From an uncultured Spirochaetota bacterium (lineage in GTDB: Bacteria; Spirochaetota; Spirochaetia; SZUA-6; Fen-1364): a stretch of DNA of 64,000 bases. Each line of letters starts with the position of its first letter. Positions within the stretch are counted from its first letter, which is position 1. The notes under the pieces were generated by a model, which was given only the letters and a program-made list of their open reading frames with translations, was not told the DNA's origin and ran no database searches. The position numbers and the translations under genes are program-made. Below are positions 62,319-64,000 of the stretch, piece after piece. Location: contig CAWGAA010000003.1 in the NCBI GenBank assembly GCA_963820525.1, positions 288,001 through 352,000 of the forward strand, read 5' to 3'.

Positions 62319-64000
<1,682 letters not shown>

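Overview
High-GC bacterial chromosomal window, most likely a Spirochaetia-like organism (inferred from the SH3/TPR lipoproteins and gene context). Bases 1-38.8 kb are housekeeping genes: relA/spoT, prmC, prfA, phosphomannomutase, acyl-CoA ligase, ABC-F, M20 peptidase, mltD, icd, U32, RNA methyltransferase, sigma54-driven glnA, ndk, ACT-fused glnE, mntH, USP, ytxJ, yhhQ and trkH/trkA. The rest is a disturbed rRNA locus on the minus strand. It holds three 5S genes, one with a structured 79-nt insert replacing the 4-nt loop D, plus an orphan 568-nt 3' fragment of 23S. A ~21-kb island separates that fragment from the 3' end of a second 23S that runs off the window. The island carries an IS91/ISCR-like rolling-circle element interrupted by an IS110, which is itself interrupted by IS5 (in turn interrupted by IS1380) and by IS3. 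Every junction could be reconstructed by hand. The IS110 leader contains matches to its own donor and target sites, as expected of a bridge RNA. The island also carries a 12-gene uncharacterised sugar/polyol catabolic operon, a transposase-less mini-copy of the IS91-like element and a group IIC intron 3' remnant. Three single-base indels (prmC, PAP2, trkH-trkA) may be sequencing errors.
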